DNA from: an uncultured bacterium
GTDB taxonomy: Bacteria > Oederibacteriota > JAAXVQ01 > JAUVAV01
Assembly: GCA_963710755.1 (NCBI GenBank)
Contig: CAVQBK010000003.1
Coordinates: 1,120,001 to 1,184,000, forward strand
Reading direction: 5' to 3'
DNA length: 64,000 bases
The first letter of the stretch is position 1. Every line of letters starts with the position of its first letter. Made by a program: the position numbers and the translations under genes. Shown here in pieces: positions 28,957 through 39,268 of the stretch. Below the pieces are notes generated by a model. The model had not been told where the DNA came from. It made no database searches and worked only from the letters and a program-made list of their open reading frames with translations.

Positions 28957-29385
28957 CCTGTTCCTTTCATTTTTGCGGCAACAATAGACTAAATGGTTGC
29001 TTGGGGCAAATGAAAATATTAGCGCATGCAGGGAATGACCAATGTCGTAAAGGGGAAGGCGGCTTTCCCGGTGTCCTAGTGGTCTGGCGGTCTTGTAACC
29101 AACAGCAGCCCTATCAATGTGCCCCTACGCCGGCCGTCGGGAATATTCTGGTTGGGCGATAACAATATTGACTAAAAGAAAAAAAAGTACGCCCAATGCT
29201 AGCAGGCTGGCATGATCAACCATGATGACTGCCAGACGATGGATTGGTTACAACCAAGGCGCAGGAAGAATAAGGTTGGGACCAGGGGCACGATCTCTGA
29301 CCAATCCAGCTGCAAAGACGGTGTCGCTCACTCATTTCTTTTTTAACCGGCAAGTTAATAGGGTCGCTGTAGGACCAGCCCCGGA

Positions 29386-30084
29386 TTACCGGAAAAGGTG
29401 AACGCCGCCATCATTACCTTTGGAATATGAAAGCGGCATGCCGCAGAGCATGCCGCTTTCATATAATCCGGTCTTGGGGAGGTTTCCAATTACAAGGTGA
29501 TCTTCAGAGGCTTTTCTTTTAGCATGATACATTTTAAAGTTATTCTCATTCCCCATGGCCAGTAAAAGGAAATAAGGTTGTCCCGGTGTTAACAGAAGGT
29601 CTTGGCCTTCTTTGTCATTGGCCAAAGGCAGAGTGAACTTCAATATTGTTTCACCGCCTAGCTCCTCCCCGGAAACCTTGGTCAGGTTCTGAATTTTATC
29701 TTTCTCGTGATGATGACCTTGTGCATAACTGTCGCGAATGGCCACTTGATTATTTTCGATGTAACCAATCACAATATTAGCTCCATTCATGCGAGGTTGG
29801 TTGTTAAACCCAACAGCCACCCAACCCTTGGTTTTACCCGTTAAGACGCAGTCCATATGATCTTCCTGGATTTTCCATTGGAAAGTCAATCCCTCTGCTT
29901 CGGCGGATTTAAAACCTTTTTGATTAACAGCATCGGGGTTGTCTGCGCCAGGGGTAACTGTGGATGATTTGGAGACAGGGGGAGCAGTGGTAGTACTGGA
30001 TTGCGTTTCACCACCTGGACCGGAACAAGCCGCCATCAACAATAACCCAAATACTAATGACCATAGCTTTAACCATAGTTTCAT
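29386..30084 (-). CDS. DOMON-domain lipoprotein
   Basis: Lipobox MAAC; GWVAVGF..MNGANIVIG, DSY, YH; the true C-terminus may be RKALKITL* at 29490 if there is a 1-nt indel near 29508. Confidence 0.82.
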   Translation of the reverse strand: MKLWLKLWSLVFGLLLMAACSGPGGETQSSTTTAPPVSKSSTVTPGADNPDAVNQKGFKSAEAEGLTFQWKIQEDHMDCVLTGKTKGWVAVGFNNQPRMNGANIVIGYIENNQVAIRDSYAQGHHHEKDKIQNLTKVSGEELGGETILKFTLPLANDKEGQDLLLTPGQPYFLLLAMGNENNFKMYHAKRKASEDHLVIGNLPKTGLYESGMLCGMPLSYSKGNDGGVHLFR

Positions 30085-30750
30085 TGTTTGCCTCCGGAGA
30101 ATGAGTTAATCACCGGCTAATTATTCCAAATTTACCGATTCTGTCAATAGTTGTTATAGAGCCGAGGTGACCATCCGCAATATTAGGCAGGTTAAGTAAT
30201 AGGAGCTTGTGTTTCAACTGAACAGCTGGGGTATCTCATAAATAAATTTACATTTGGCTAAGTCGCTTTGAAACGATTTTTTTATTTCGCCACCCAGAAA
30301 GGATTAATCCGGGGTCCGCAATGATTTTGATCGATAAAATCACTGGTGGCCGGCTTAAAGCATGACGGCAGGACGTTTTTAAAAATAAATTCAAATGTAA
30401 TGAAGCGTACATTACAGGTACAAAGTTAAAGCTGGCCAAGGCAATGGCTGGCAATGACTTGAAACATCCCCATTTCTCACTGCGGCTTGCGGTTGACAGC
30501 CGGCCCATTGCGTTGGAAATCGTGACCGGCGGGGGCAGCCGGAAACCTCCCTTTGACATAATATTCAGTCCGGTTGATAACGGAAATTAATACACGGCGA
30601 CGAAATGCTGTACAAATTAAGCTGGACTTAAAAACATTTCGGAATTTAAGGGTTGTATAACTTTCAGGGAAAACCAGGAAATGACTATTGCTATTAAGGA
30701 ACATCCACGAAAAAAGATATTCTGGTTATCCCAATTTAATTGCCACATTT

Positions 30751-30766
30751 TGGCATATAGCTTGCT
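30751..30766 (+). promoter_or_regulatory. sigma54 -24/-12 promoter
   Basis: TGGCATATAGCTTGCT = TGGCA-N6-TTGC, GG-N10-GC. Confidence 0.7.
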
Positions 30767-30819
30767 TTATAAAAGTGTACTGGATTAAGCCATTACCTGC
30801 GGATAGAGGAGTACTAGGC

Positions 30820-30999
30820 ATGGTTAAAAACCAGCGTCCTTTATGGGATGCATTTGATGACTCTTGGCGAATGTTGGAGGACCAAATAAAGGAACTCCTT
30901 AATCGGAAAGTTTACCAAGGCCAACCACCAGCAGTGATGTCCTTCGATGGTTCCTCGCATGAAGTTTTACCTGGTGAAGTTGATGAGCCGCAAGAGTGA
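30820..30999 (+). CDS. Small protein (59 aa), unknown function
   Basis: GAGGAG RBS, ATG 30820, MVKNQRPLWDAFDDSWRMLEDQIKELLNRKV...; lies just downstream of a sigma54 motif. Confidence 0.6.
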   Translation: MVKNQRPLWDAFDDSWRMLEDQIKELLNRKVYQGQPPAVMSFDGSSHEVLPGEVDEPQE

Positions 31000-31180
31000 G
31001 GCAAGTGTTGGGCAGTCAATGAAACTGTTATGGGCATAGGGGCGGGAATAATTAAATAACTCCGGCCAAGAGTAATTATTCTTCCCCTATTTTTCGCCAT
31101 AAAGGGGGGCTGATCTAAAGATATACTTTATCCTAGATCTGCTATGATTGCAGCCCGCCCATGGGCTTCAATGCCTCCCG

Positions 31181-31222
31181 AAAAAATACCCTCGTGGTTC
31201 CCCCCAGCGAGGGTATTTTTTT
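31181..31222. terminator. Bidirectional intrinsic terminator
   Basis: AAAAAATACCCTCG...CGAGGGTATTTTTTT between convergent genes. Confidence 0.8.
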
Positions 31223-31226
31223 GACC

Positions 31227-31982
31227 TCATTCCTTGACGACAACAGGACTGGTAATATCAAAGTCAAATATCAGAGGCCGGTGATCGGAAAAACGGACAT
31301 CGGGCATATGAAAGCCAAGGGGCTTGATCTCCGGGCTATAAAGAATAAAGTCGATTTCCCGTTTGGGGCCGCGGCTGGGATAGGAGTAAAACCCTTTGCG
31401 GTTAGCGTTGGTCAGGCCGGTGGAGGCCAAAAACAGTTCCAGTTCCCGGACGCCGCTTAGCACATTGAAATCACCGGCCAAGATCACTGGTTTGCGAATG
31501 GTTTTAACCCGTGTATAAATGTCTTGCAGTTGTTCCTGCCGGGGGCGAAAGCGCAGGGACAGATGCACCAGCAAGATCACCACATCCTCCAGGTCCAATT
31601 CCATCATCAATCGTTTAATCCCTCTGCGAAAATAATAAAATTCCTGTTTTTGAATGCGTTTGTTGGTAAGCAACGCATTGCCCTGTTTGTTCGTGATGGG
31701 AATTTTTTGCAGCACCGAATTTTGGCTGTATTTGGATTTATACACGCAGTAATGGTTGAGTTGGCGGGCAATGATTTCTGGTTGGCACTGGTGCTTGGTT
31801 CGGCGGGAGCCACAATCGACTTCAAGCAACCCAATGACATCAGAGTTAGTGGATTTTAAAAATTGGATCAGTTTAGGGAGGCGGTGATGCGTTTTACGCA
31901 GATAGCCGCTGAAAGGCAACGGCAAATGAAAATGCCAGTCTGTGCCTGTGGCATAACGAATATTATATATAAGGAGACGCAT
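31227..31982 (-). CDS. Endonuclease/exonuclease/phosphatase family protein
   Basis: LLIYNI, GLLEVD, GNALL, VHLSL, AGDFN, IDFI, FSDHRP. Confidence 0.92.
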   Translation of the reverse strand: MRLLIYNIRYATGTDWHFHLPLPFSGYLRKTHHRLPKLIQFLKSTNSDVIGLLEVDCGSRRTKHQCQPEIIARQLNHYCVYKSKYSQNSVLQKIPITNKQGNALLTNKRIQKQEFYYFRRGIKRLMMELDLEDVVILLVHLSLRFRPRQEQLQDIYTRVKTIRKPVILAGDFNVLSGVRELELFLASTGLTNANRKGFYSYPSRGPKREIDFILYSPEIKPLGFHMPDVRFSDHRPLIFDFDITSPVVVKE

Positions 31983-32130
31983 GGTTAAGCCCTTTCTGAT
32001 AAACCTCGTTTTGGAAGCCCTTTATTTTACGCTGCCTGATCACAATGGTCAACGTCGCAATCTTATCCGGCTCTTCATGCCAAGACCTCTTTTGACGTTA
32101 CTGATTAGACGCCAAAGCAGGCAATTGTGC

Positions 32131-32159
32131 TTGCAACCCCGGGAGGGGAACGGTAGTAT
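32131..32159 (+). promoter_or_regulatory. sigma70-type promoter of the ODP-roadblock operon
   Basis: TTGCAA-17-TAGTAT. Confidence 0.55.
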
Positions 32160-32185
32160 GAACCATCACAATGCGGAGGTGAGCA

Positions 32186-32938
32186 ATGGCGGACGTATTG
32201 TTTAAAAGCGATGACCATCAGTGTATATTCTTTGAAGACTTGACGGAAGGTGAAATGGTTTCGGCCAATCAATATCTGGTCATCCATAAGGGCAAGGGCA
32301 TGCTGCTCGATCCGGGCGGGCACATTGTTTATTCCAAGTTGATCTCCGCACTTTCGGAATACCTTTCACCGGCGGCACTGCGCTACATTTTTCTCTCTCA
32401 TCAGGATCCGGACATCGTGGCCTCCGTCAATGCCTGGCTGATGGTAACGGATGCGGACGCCTATATTCCCACGTTGTGGCGGCGGTTTGTAGCTCATTTC
32501 GGCGTAGCCTCCAGCGTGATGCCGCGGTTGAAAACCATTCCCGATCAAGGCATGGGATTCGATCTGGAAGGATGCCGGTTGCTGGCCGTGCCGGCTCATT
32601 TTATGCACGCACCCGGTAATTTTCAACTTTACGATCCTGTGTCCAAAATACTTTTCTCCGGCGATTTGGGCGCAGCTGCCGGTCAGAGTTACCGTTTCGT
32701 GGAAGATTTCAACCAACATGTACAATATATGGAGGCTTTTCATAAGCGCTACATGTGCAGTACCCGGGCCTGCCAGCTTTGGGCTAAAATGATACGTGGT
32801 TTGGATATCGAAATGATCGCCCCGCAGCATGGCGCTGTTTTTCAGGGTAAAACCATGGTCAACCAGTTTATTGACTGGGTGGAACAATTGACCGTGGGTG
32901 CGGAAGTGATTGAAAATGTTTATCAATTGCCGCAGTAA
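32186..32938 (+). CDS. MBL-fold di-iron protein (ODP / FprA N-terminal-like), no flavodoxin domain
   Basis: LLDPGG, SHQDPD, AHFMHAPG, FSGDLG, IAPQHG. Confidence 0.85.
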   Translation: MADVLFKSDDHQCIFFEDLTEGEMVSANQYLVIHKGKGMLLDPGGHIVYSKLISALSEYLSPAALRYIFLSHQDPDIVASVNAWLMVTDADAYIPTLWRRFVAHFGVASSVMPRLKTIPDQGMGFDLEGCRLLAVPAHFMHAPGNFQLYDPVSKILFSGDLGAAAGQSYRFVEDFNQHVQYMEAFHKRYMCSTRACQLWAKMIRGLDIEMIAPQHGAVFQGKTMVNQFIDWVEQLTVGAEVIENVYQLPQ

Positions 32939-32967
32939 CAGGACCTTGAAAATAGGAAGGAGGCGTC

Positions 32968-33339
32968 ATGGCCACCAAGCAGGATATTCTCAATAAAATA
33001 TTGGAAAATTTACAGATGGCCAGTGCTGATATTGAAGGCATTTCGGTTATCACACCCGATGGCATGACCATTGCCAACCGTTTTCATCTCCAGGGTAATG
33101 ATGCCACGGCTACCGGTGCCATGGGAGCTGCTATGAGCGGCTTGGGTTCCCGGGTTTCGCGGACACTCAATATCGGGCAAATGGAAGAAATTAATATGCG
33201 CAGCGAGAAGGCCAATATTTTAGTGCTGGTCATTGAAAACCGGGCAGCCTTAATGGTGCAGGTTAGTAATCAAGCCAACATGGGGCTGATACTGATGGAA
33301 GCGCGCAAAGCCAAGGAAACCCTGAGTAGAATTCTTTAA
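32968..33339 (+). CDS. Roadblock/LC7 (MglB-like) protein
   Basis: IEGISVITPDGMTIA, GAMGAAMSGLG, ANMGLIL. Confidence 0.9.
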   Translation: MATKQDILNKILENLQMASADIEGISVITPDGMTIANRFHLQGNDATATGAMGAAMSGLGSRVSRTLNIGQMEEINMRSEKANILVLVIENRAALMVQVSNQANMGLILMEARKAKETLSRIL

Positions 33340-33461
33340 AAAACATACTCCCCTAAGGAGGTCAAGCACTGGGGTGGTGTCCCCAACCTTCACCGCGCCG
33401 GACTTGAACTTAAGCAAGATCGCGTCAGGCCATTCGCCTGCAGGACCTAAAAGGAGTCACC

Positions 33462-33833
33462 ATGGCCACAAAACAGGAGCACCTCAATCAAATCCTGGAA
33501 GGGCTGGATCAGACCAGCCGGGAAATCAAAGGTACTGCGCTTATTTCTCCGGACGGCATGATCATCGCCAGCTCCTTTAAATCCACGGGAAGCGCCACCG
33601 ATATGGCGGCGGCCATGGGCGCCAGCATCCTGGGATTGGGAGCCAGAGTGACTCAAAGTCTGAATGCCGGTGAAATGGAAGAGATTATTATCCGCGGGGA
33701 AAAAGATTATGTGGTGGTGTTCACCATCAGGAACAAAGCCGTGCTCCTGGTGCAGGCGGACGGGGCCATCACCTTGGGGTTTTTACTGTTAAAAGCCCGG
33801 CAAAGTTTAAAAGCGCTGACTTCTATATTATAA
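33462..33833 (+). CDS. Roadblock/LC7 (MglB-like) protein, paralogue
   Basis: IKGTALISPDGMIIA, AAMGASILGLG, ITLGFLL. Confidence 0.9.
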   Translation: MATKQEHLNQILEGLDQTSREIKGTALISPDGMIIASSFKSTGSATDMAAAMGASILGLGARVTQSLNAGEMEEIIIRGEKDYVVVFTIRNKAVLLVQADGAITLGFLLLKARQSLKALTSIL

Positions 33834-33853
33834 GGCTCTGGCCCTTTGTGTGG

Positions 33854-34813
33854 TTACCGCTGTCTGGACAGTTTGACCGGGGAGTGGAAGCCTTTGGGTT
33901 TGAGTGCCAGCAGGGAGCAGTGCAGTTGATTTAAAACTTTTTCGGCGGTGTGGCCCAGTAATAAACCGGCCAGTCCTGTATGGGCCACCGTGCCCATGAC
34001 CAGCAAATCAACTTTTTCTTTCCTAGCCTGACTGGGTAATTCGTCGCCCGGCTCTCCGGCCAATAACCGCGTCTGTATGTGTTGGCCCGATGGCAGGGTG
34101 AGGTGCTTTGTGAAATCATCCAGCCACTTTTGATGAAGCGTCTTGGTTTGTTCCAACACCTGCGTGATTTGTATAGGCGGTACATCCACATAATCAAAGC
34201 CCAACATCAATTCAGGGTACTTTCCCCAGCAATGCACTACGGTGAGCGCGCTCTTTTCCAACGCCGCCATGCCCGACGCCATGGTCACGATTTGATGGTT
34301 GAGACTGCGCTTGCCGGTTTGGCCTGGCTCAGGATCGATGGCGGCCATGATCTTGTGGTAGGGCCGGGTGTGAGATGAGGTCATCACCCAAACCGGGCAG
34401 GGGCATTTGCGGATTAAACGCAGCGTGGTGCTGCTGAACCGGGCAGCTTTGTCCTTGGCCCCTACCGAAGTGACAACCAGATCATGATGATCGCGCAGCA
34501 CTTTTTGGATGATTTCAAGAAAAGGGATGCCAGTCAGAACTTGGGTGTGCATGTCGAACCCTTTTTGTCGCCATGGCTTAACCGCCTGGTCAAGGACCTT
34601 GCTGCTGTGCTTAAGGGTGGTTTGATAGAGACCGCTTAAGGTCATGCCTGAAGCCGGCGGCACAGAAACCGGGTAATAATCGGGCAGCTGCGGCACTACG
34701 GTCACGACCGTTAATTGGGCATGATTTTCCTGCGCCAAACGCACAGCTCTTTCCAGGACAATAACGCCGTTGGGTGGTGCATAATAGCAAAGGATGTTTT
34801 TAAAAAGGTTCAT
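33854..34813 (-). CDS. Universal stress protein, tandem domain (UspE-like)
   Basis: FKNIL, DHHDLVV, LRLIRKCPCPVW, VMGTVAHTGLAGLLLGHTAEKVL. Confidence 0.92.
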   Translation of the reverse strand: MNLFKNILCYYAPPNGVIVLERAVRLAQENHAQLTVVTVVPQLPDYYPVSVPPASGMTLSGLYQTTLKHSSKVLDQAVKPWRQKGFDMHTQVLTGIPFLEIIQKVLRDHHDLVVTSVGAKDKAARFSSTTLRLIRKCPCPVWVMTSSHTRPYHKIMAAIDPEPGQTGKRSLNHQIVTMASGMAALEKSALTVVHCWGKYPELMLGFDYVDVPPIQITQVLEQTKTLHQKWLDDFTKHLTLPSGQHIQTRLLAGEPGDELPSQARKEKVDLLVMGTVAHTGLAGLLLGHTAEKVLNQLHCSLLALKPKGFHSPVKLSRQR

Positions 34814-34852
34814 CTCAGCCCCCCTCCTTGCCGCAGGCCAAGGCCCGCTGCT

Positions 34853-35968
34853 TTAAGTCCGCTTTTGTGACCCCGGTTGGTATTGGTGCTTCACGTCATA
34901 TTCTATTTTTTTCCAACAAAGCCGTTCCCGGATGAGGCGGACATGTTGCTCGTACTCTTCAGCCTGAGCTTCATGTCCCAGCAGGTGATGAGCACGGGCC
35001 AACCCCTCCCAGGCAGGGGCGAACATTAAATTTTGTTCCAACAAGCCTTCGAAAATCTGGATGGCCTCCTGGGCAAATCCTTTTTCCAGCAATTCTTTAG
35101 CTTGGTTAAAATCACCTTCCACCTGCTGCAGCATATGGGTCAGCAAGCGTTGGCGGAAATTCTCCGATCTGAAGGTCATCAGGGAACAATGGACCTGGGG
35201 AATAAGACGACGGAGGACCTGGCCTACCCCATGCTTATCCGGATGATGCACTCCGGAAGCGCCCATCAGAACCAGGTCAATTTCTTCCTCAGTGATCACC
35301 GCGATCAGCTTGTCTGCAACCTTGCCCTTGATCACTTGGAGGGTATATTCCAAGCCCGCACGATCTGAATCCCCCAGCAAGATGTCCATTTTATGACGCG
35401 CTGTCTCTGCGCTGTGATCAGCCGAGGAGAGGACATGCACGATGGTCAGGGGAGCCTCGAATTGGCGGCTCAAGACCAACGCCTGCTGTAAGGCGTGCTG
35501 ACTGGGAGGGGAAAAATCCAGGGCACATAGCAAACGGCGAAAAGGATAGGGGACAGGTGCTTTTAGCACCCAAATGGGTTTATCGCAAACCGCCAGCATG
35601 TGGTCCAGCAGGCCGCGTTTGGCCATATGCCCTTTCGCGGCGGAGGCGGCGAGGAACACCACCATATCCGCGGCATGGGCTTGGGCAGCTTCCCGGATGC
35701 CTTCCGCCAGGGAGGTATGATGGCCCACTAGGGGGAGTGATGAAATCCCTTGCATCTGCAGGTCATCGCGAAGTTGCAATAGCTTTCCCGTGGCCTCGCG
35801 ATAGGCTTTAACCGAAGGAGTGAAATTGTGGCCCGAGGTTTTGAGTACATGCAGCAGTACCACATCGGCATCCCAGAGACGGATGAAAGGCAGCAATTGA
35901 GACAGGAGAGTGGGTGTTTGCGGGGTGAAATCAACGGCAAGTAAAAGTTTTAAGGGCGCGTTCATCAT
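34853..35968 (-). CDS. Tandem Usp domain protein with C-terminal TPR
   Basis: LLAVDFT, LCALDFSPPS, DLVLMGASG; C-term AIQIFEGLL..FAPAWEGLARAH..LG; start moved after GGAGG. Confidence 0.85.
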   Translation of the reverse strand: MMNAPLKLLLAVDFTPQTPTLLSQLLPFIRLWDADVVLLHVLKTSGHNFTPSVKAYREATGKLLQLRDDLQMQGISSLPLVGHHTSLAEGIREAAQAHAADMVVFLAASAAKGHMAKRGLLDHMLAVCDKPIWVLKAPVPYPFRRLLCALDFSPPSQHALQQALVLSRQFEAPLTIVHVLSSADHSAETARHKMDILLGDSDRAGLEYTLQVIKGKVADKLIAVITEEEIDLVLMGASGVHHPDKHGVGQVLRRLIPQVHCSLMTFRSENFRQRLLTHMLQQVEGDFNQAKELLEKGFAQEAIQIFEGLLEQNLMFAPAWEGLARAHHLLGHEAQAEEYEQHVRLIRERLCWKKIEYDVKHQYQPGSQKRT

Positions 35969-36219
35969 CTGACCTCCGTTTAATCTGACTTGGACATGAT
36001 GGACACTACCTTGAGGCATCCTTATCTTACCGCTTGCGCCGTCTGATTGCCAGTGGAAAGAAGGCTATGGTTAAAAACACCCGGACCGTGGTTTAGGATT
36101 TTTTTGAAAAAAGGGTTGACAACCAATTCAAATATAATAATATCCTAATATATGCCTCTGGGCCTTGGCGGCCTCGCTGCTGCATCCAGGCTAATCTCGG
36201 CAAAGGAGAAGGAAAAGCC

Positions 36220-36435
36220 ATGCCTATTTTTGAATACCGCTGTCAGGCTTGCCAGCATGTCAGCGCCTATATTGAAAAAGCCGGAATCACCGGTGAGCAC
36301 GAATGCAAAGCCTGCGGGTCCAAGCAGACCGAAAAAATATTATCCACCTTTTCCACGCCCGCGAAAAGCATGAGTACCAATAGCGGAGGGGGCTGTAGCG
36401 GCGGCTGCAGTACAGGTAATTGCCCCTTAGCTTGA
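36220..36435 (+). CDS. FmdB-family zinc-ribbon protein
   Basis: MPIFEYRCQAC..CKACGS..KILSTF, Cys-rich tail. Confidence 0.9.
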   Translation: MPIFEYRCQACQHVSAYIEKAGITGEHECKACGSKQTEKILSTFSTPAKSMSTNSGGGCSGGCSTGNCPLA

Positions 36436-36472
36436 AGTGCAAGCCCCGTCTATAAAAAATTAAGGAGTCAGG

Positions 36473-36832
36473 ATGATGGAACATTTGGTCAAAGAAACCT
36501 TTAAAGAAAAAGTTTTTGATTACGAAAAAGATAAGGACTGGTCTTTCAAAGGCCAGAAACCGGCGATTATAGATTTTTATGCCGACTGGTGCGGTCCCTG
36601 CAAAATGGTGGCCCCTGTCCTGGAAGAACTGGCCAAGGAATATAACGATAAATTGGATATCTACAAGATCGACACCGATGACCAGCAGGAGCTGGCCGCC
36701 ATTTTTCAGATCCGCAGCATTCCCAGTATTCTGTTTATTCCTACTGAAGGTCAACCGGCCATGGCGGCCGGCGCCATGGCTAAAGATCAGTTTAAAGAAG
36801 CGATCAAGAATGTTTTGAAAATAGAAGCTTGA
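36473..36832 (+). CDS. trxA: Thioredoxin
   Basis: DFYADWCGPCK, IRSIP. Confidence 0.95.
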   Translation: MMEHLVKETFKEKVFDYEKDKDWSFKGQKPAIIDFYADWCGPCKMVAPVLEELAKEYNDKLDIYKIDTDDQQELAAIFQIRSIPSILFIPTEGQPAMAAGAMAKDQFKEAIKNVLKIEA

Positions 36833-36838
36833 GTATGT

Positions 36839-36877
36839 CATCACCGGTTTGTAGTCCGGGCGCGCAAACCGGTGATG
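36839..36877. terminator. 13-bp hairpin after trxA (probable terminator or stabiliser)
   Basis: CATCACCGGTTTG / CAAACCGGTGATG; weak U-tract. Confidence 0.5.
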
Positions 36878-37228
36878 GTCTTCATTGCCATCATGATTTG
36901 CCTGCATTGTCTTTTTTCCAATCATCTGAATGATCATAAAAAGCTGGTGGAAATAGGTCCTTCTTGCTATCATTTGAAGACTATTCTGGAAAAATTACTT
37001 ATAAGATATTTTTTTGCTTGATTCTTTTGATAAACCTATTGATAATCTTACTTATTTTAACAAAATACTAACATTGGCAATAAATGCTTTTGATCAAAAC
37101 TCACAGTGGAAGATCAGTAGCTGTTGAATTGTTGAGCATCCGGGAAAGGGGGGATCATTTTTTATTAAGTCTGCTTTAAGAAACACAGTACCAACGACAG
37201 AACAACCAAATTTACTGGAGGTGCTTTC

Positions 37229-38878
37229 TTGAAAAAGATTTATTCACTATCGCTCATGTTCATCTTAACCCTTGCGCTTGTCGGTTCGGCTTCTGCTCTG
37301 CGCTGGCCTACCAATGCCAGCTATCGGGTGACCACCATGGGTGGCGCCACCCTTGCCATTGAAGACGAAACCACAGCCCTCACCATTTTCAACCATCAAA
37401 ATCCCGCTGGCCTGGCCTTGAATAAAAAAGAAAACCGTTTGGATATTGGTCTTAACTATTTGTACGATTCAGTGGTCACGGAAAGCGCTTTCCTTAAAGA
37501 TGCCAATGATACGACTACCTTGGAATTGGTCCGGCCTGGCGCGGAATACCGCGGTTTGACCTACTGGCTTGGGGATCAGTTCGTAGTACGCGCCGGCATC
37601 GAAGGGATGTTGGTGACCAATCAAATGACCCAAACACCGGCTGTGGGCGATGAAGTTAAAGATGCCCTTAATCTGTCTGGTTTGGGTGGCGGTGCCAGTG
37701 TGGGTTATAAAACCGACAGTGGCTTGGCCTTGGGCGGTGGAATCTCCTATTTAGGAGCTGGCGGCAAGCCCGATGATAAGCTCGGGTTTAATCCTTACCT
37801 GGATTTTGGTGGTACCTCGGATAAAACTGGATGTAACCTCCAACCTATTGAATTGGGGTGTTGGTGTAGGTTATGAATCGACCGACCTGGGTGAACTGGG
37901 CAACAAGTTGACCTTTGGTTGGCGGCCAGCAGTGTTGACGACAAACCGAGTTTGATACTGTTCTGACTGCCGGCATTGAACCCATTTGTTGCACTATCGC
38001 CGATGAGTCTAGGTGGGTACAGCACCACTATTGAAAGCGCGGGCAATGTCGTTGCTTTTGGAGGTGATTTTATCCTCCAAAAGTACCTATTCCCAATCAC
38101 CGGTCAATATCTCGGCTGAAGCTATTTATGATATGGGCTCTATATTGCAAGCAGGGTTTGCTCTTTGATTACACTATGGATGGCGTTAATTTAAAGACCG
38201 AGAATACCAATGTGTTGGGCACCGCGGCCAATGACTACAAGTCAGCCTCAGCTTCACAGTACGGCATTACCCCGGTAGTGCAAGCTAACATTCCCCTTGG
38301 TGAAGGGATGGCCTTGCTGCCGGGCATCAGCTTCAGCAATTATGGTACTGGTATGATCGAAAATTACAGGTTGGACACCACTACTGCTGATGAAAACGAC
38401 ACCTATAAATCTTCCCAGGTGGACATGACCAAGAGTAACTTTGGCGTTGGCCTGGGCTTGCAAGCCATGGGCAAGGCCTTGCAAGTGGCTGTGCAATATG
38501 AATCAGGCAGCTATAAATATGACCAAACGCCTTATGCAGTTGATGGTACCGCCGGCAGTTGTGGCCACCACCGAGGGCAGCACCAGCGCTATTCGCTTTG
38601 GCGGGGAATACTGGCTCCTGCCCATGTTGGCCGTACGTGCAGGCTATGCTATTTTGGGTGATGTTCTTAAAGATGGCGCTCTTGACGGTAATGGTCATCT
38701 CACGGATCTGACCAATACCACCGGCCGTTTCACCGTTGGGGCAGGCTTGGCCATGCTCAATGGCACCACCGCTGATTTGCTGATTCAAATGGATACCAGA
38801 ACCTCTGATCCAAAACAGGATCCAGAACCAAAAGATACAGGTTTGGGTATTATGCTGGGCCTGAAAATGATGATCTAG
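37229..38878 (+). pseudogene. Outer-membrane beta-barrel protein, broken by multiple frameshifts (pseudogene or consensus errors)
   Basis: Signal peptide, MGGA..NPAGLA N-terminus; beta-strand-like segments continue across ORFs 37229-37876, 37773-37955, 38128-38661 and 38441-38878 (AIRFGGEYW, LAVRAGY, FTVGAGL). Confidence 0.72.
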
Positions 38879-38894
38879 TTGTAAATGTTTACCT

Positions 38895-38930
38895 AAAAGG
38901 CAGGAAGAGTACTCTTCCTGCCTTTTTTTT
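38895..38930 (+). terminator. Intrinsic terminator
   Basis: Perfect palindrome AAAAGGCAGGAAGAGT-ACTCTTCCTGCCTTTT ending in a T8 run. Confidence 0.9.
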
Positions 38931-39268
38931 GTCCTTTCTTCTTGGCCTATTCACGCTGGTGGCAAAGAGGATGCGACCGACTTGGCCAGTACTTAATTTT
39001 TTATTGTTTCCGAAAAACTGCTTTTATTGAATAACTTCCAAGGTGTTATAGCCAGCCCGGAAGCGGTATTGGAAAAAAGATCTTTCAGGTACACGCAACT
39101 TACCCCGCGTATGCCGGGATGCTCGAACTTTCGTCCATGGAAGGATACAACACCCCATCTGCAGTAAGAACTAATAAATGATGCATAAGGGTTTTTGTTG
39201 CGGCCACCCCAGCCATGACCTATAATAACGCCGCATTCCTCTCCACTTTGTTTTAAAGGAAGACCGTC

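Noticed and set aside
36287-36973. 228-aa minus-strand ORF and many other antisense or overlapping ORFs in the track
   Set aside because: Shadow ORFs of well-supported genes (trxA, purH, ilvD etc.) with no motifs or RBS.
39042-39154. c-di-GMP riboswitch or structured leader upstream of the GAF-GAF-HD-GYP gene
   Set aside because: Only a short interrupted closing stem; no GEMM motifs (GGCAAA..GAAA..GACGCAAA).
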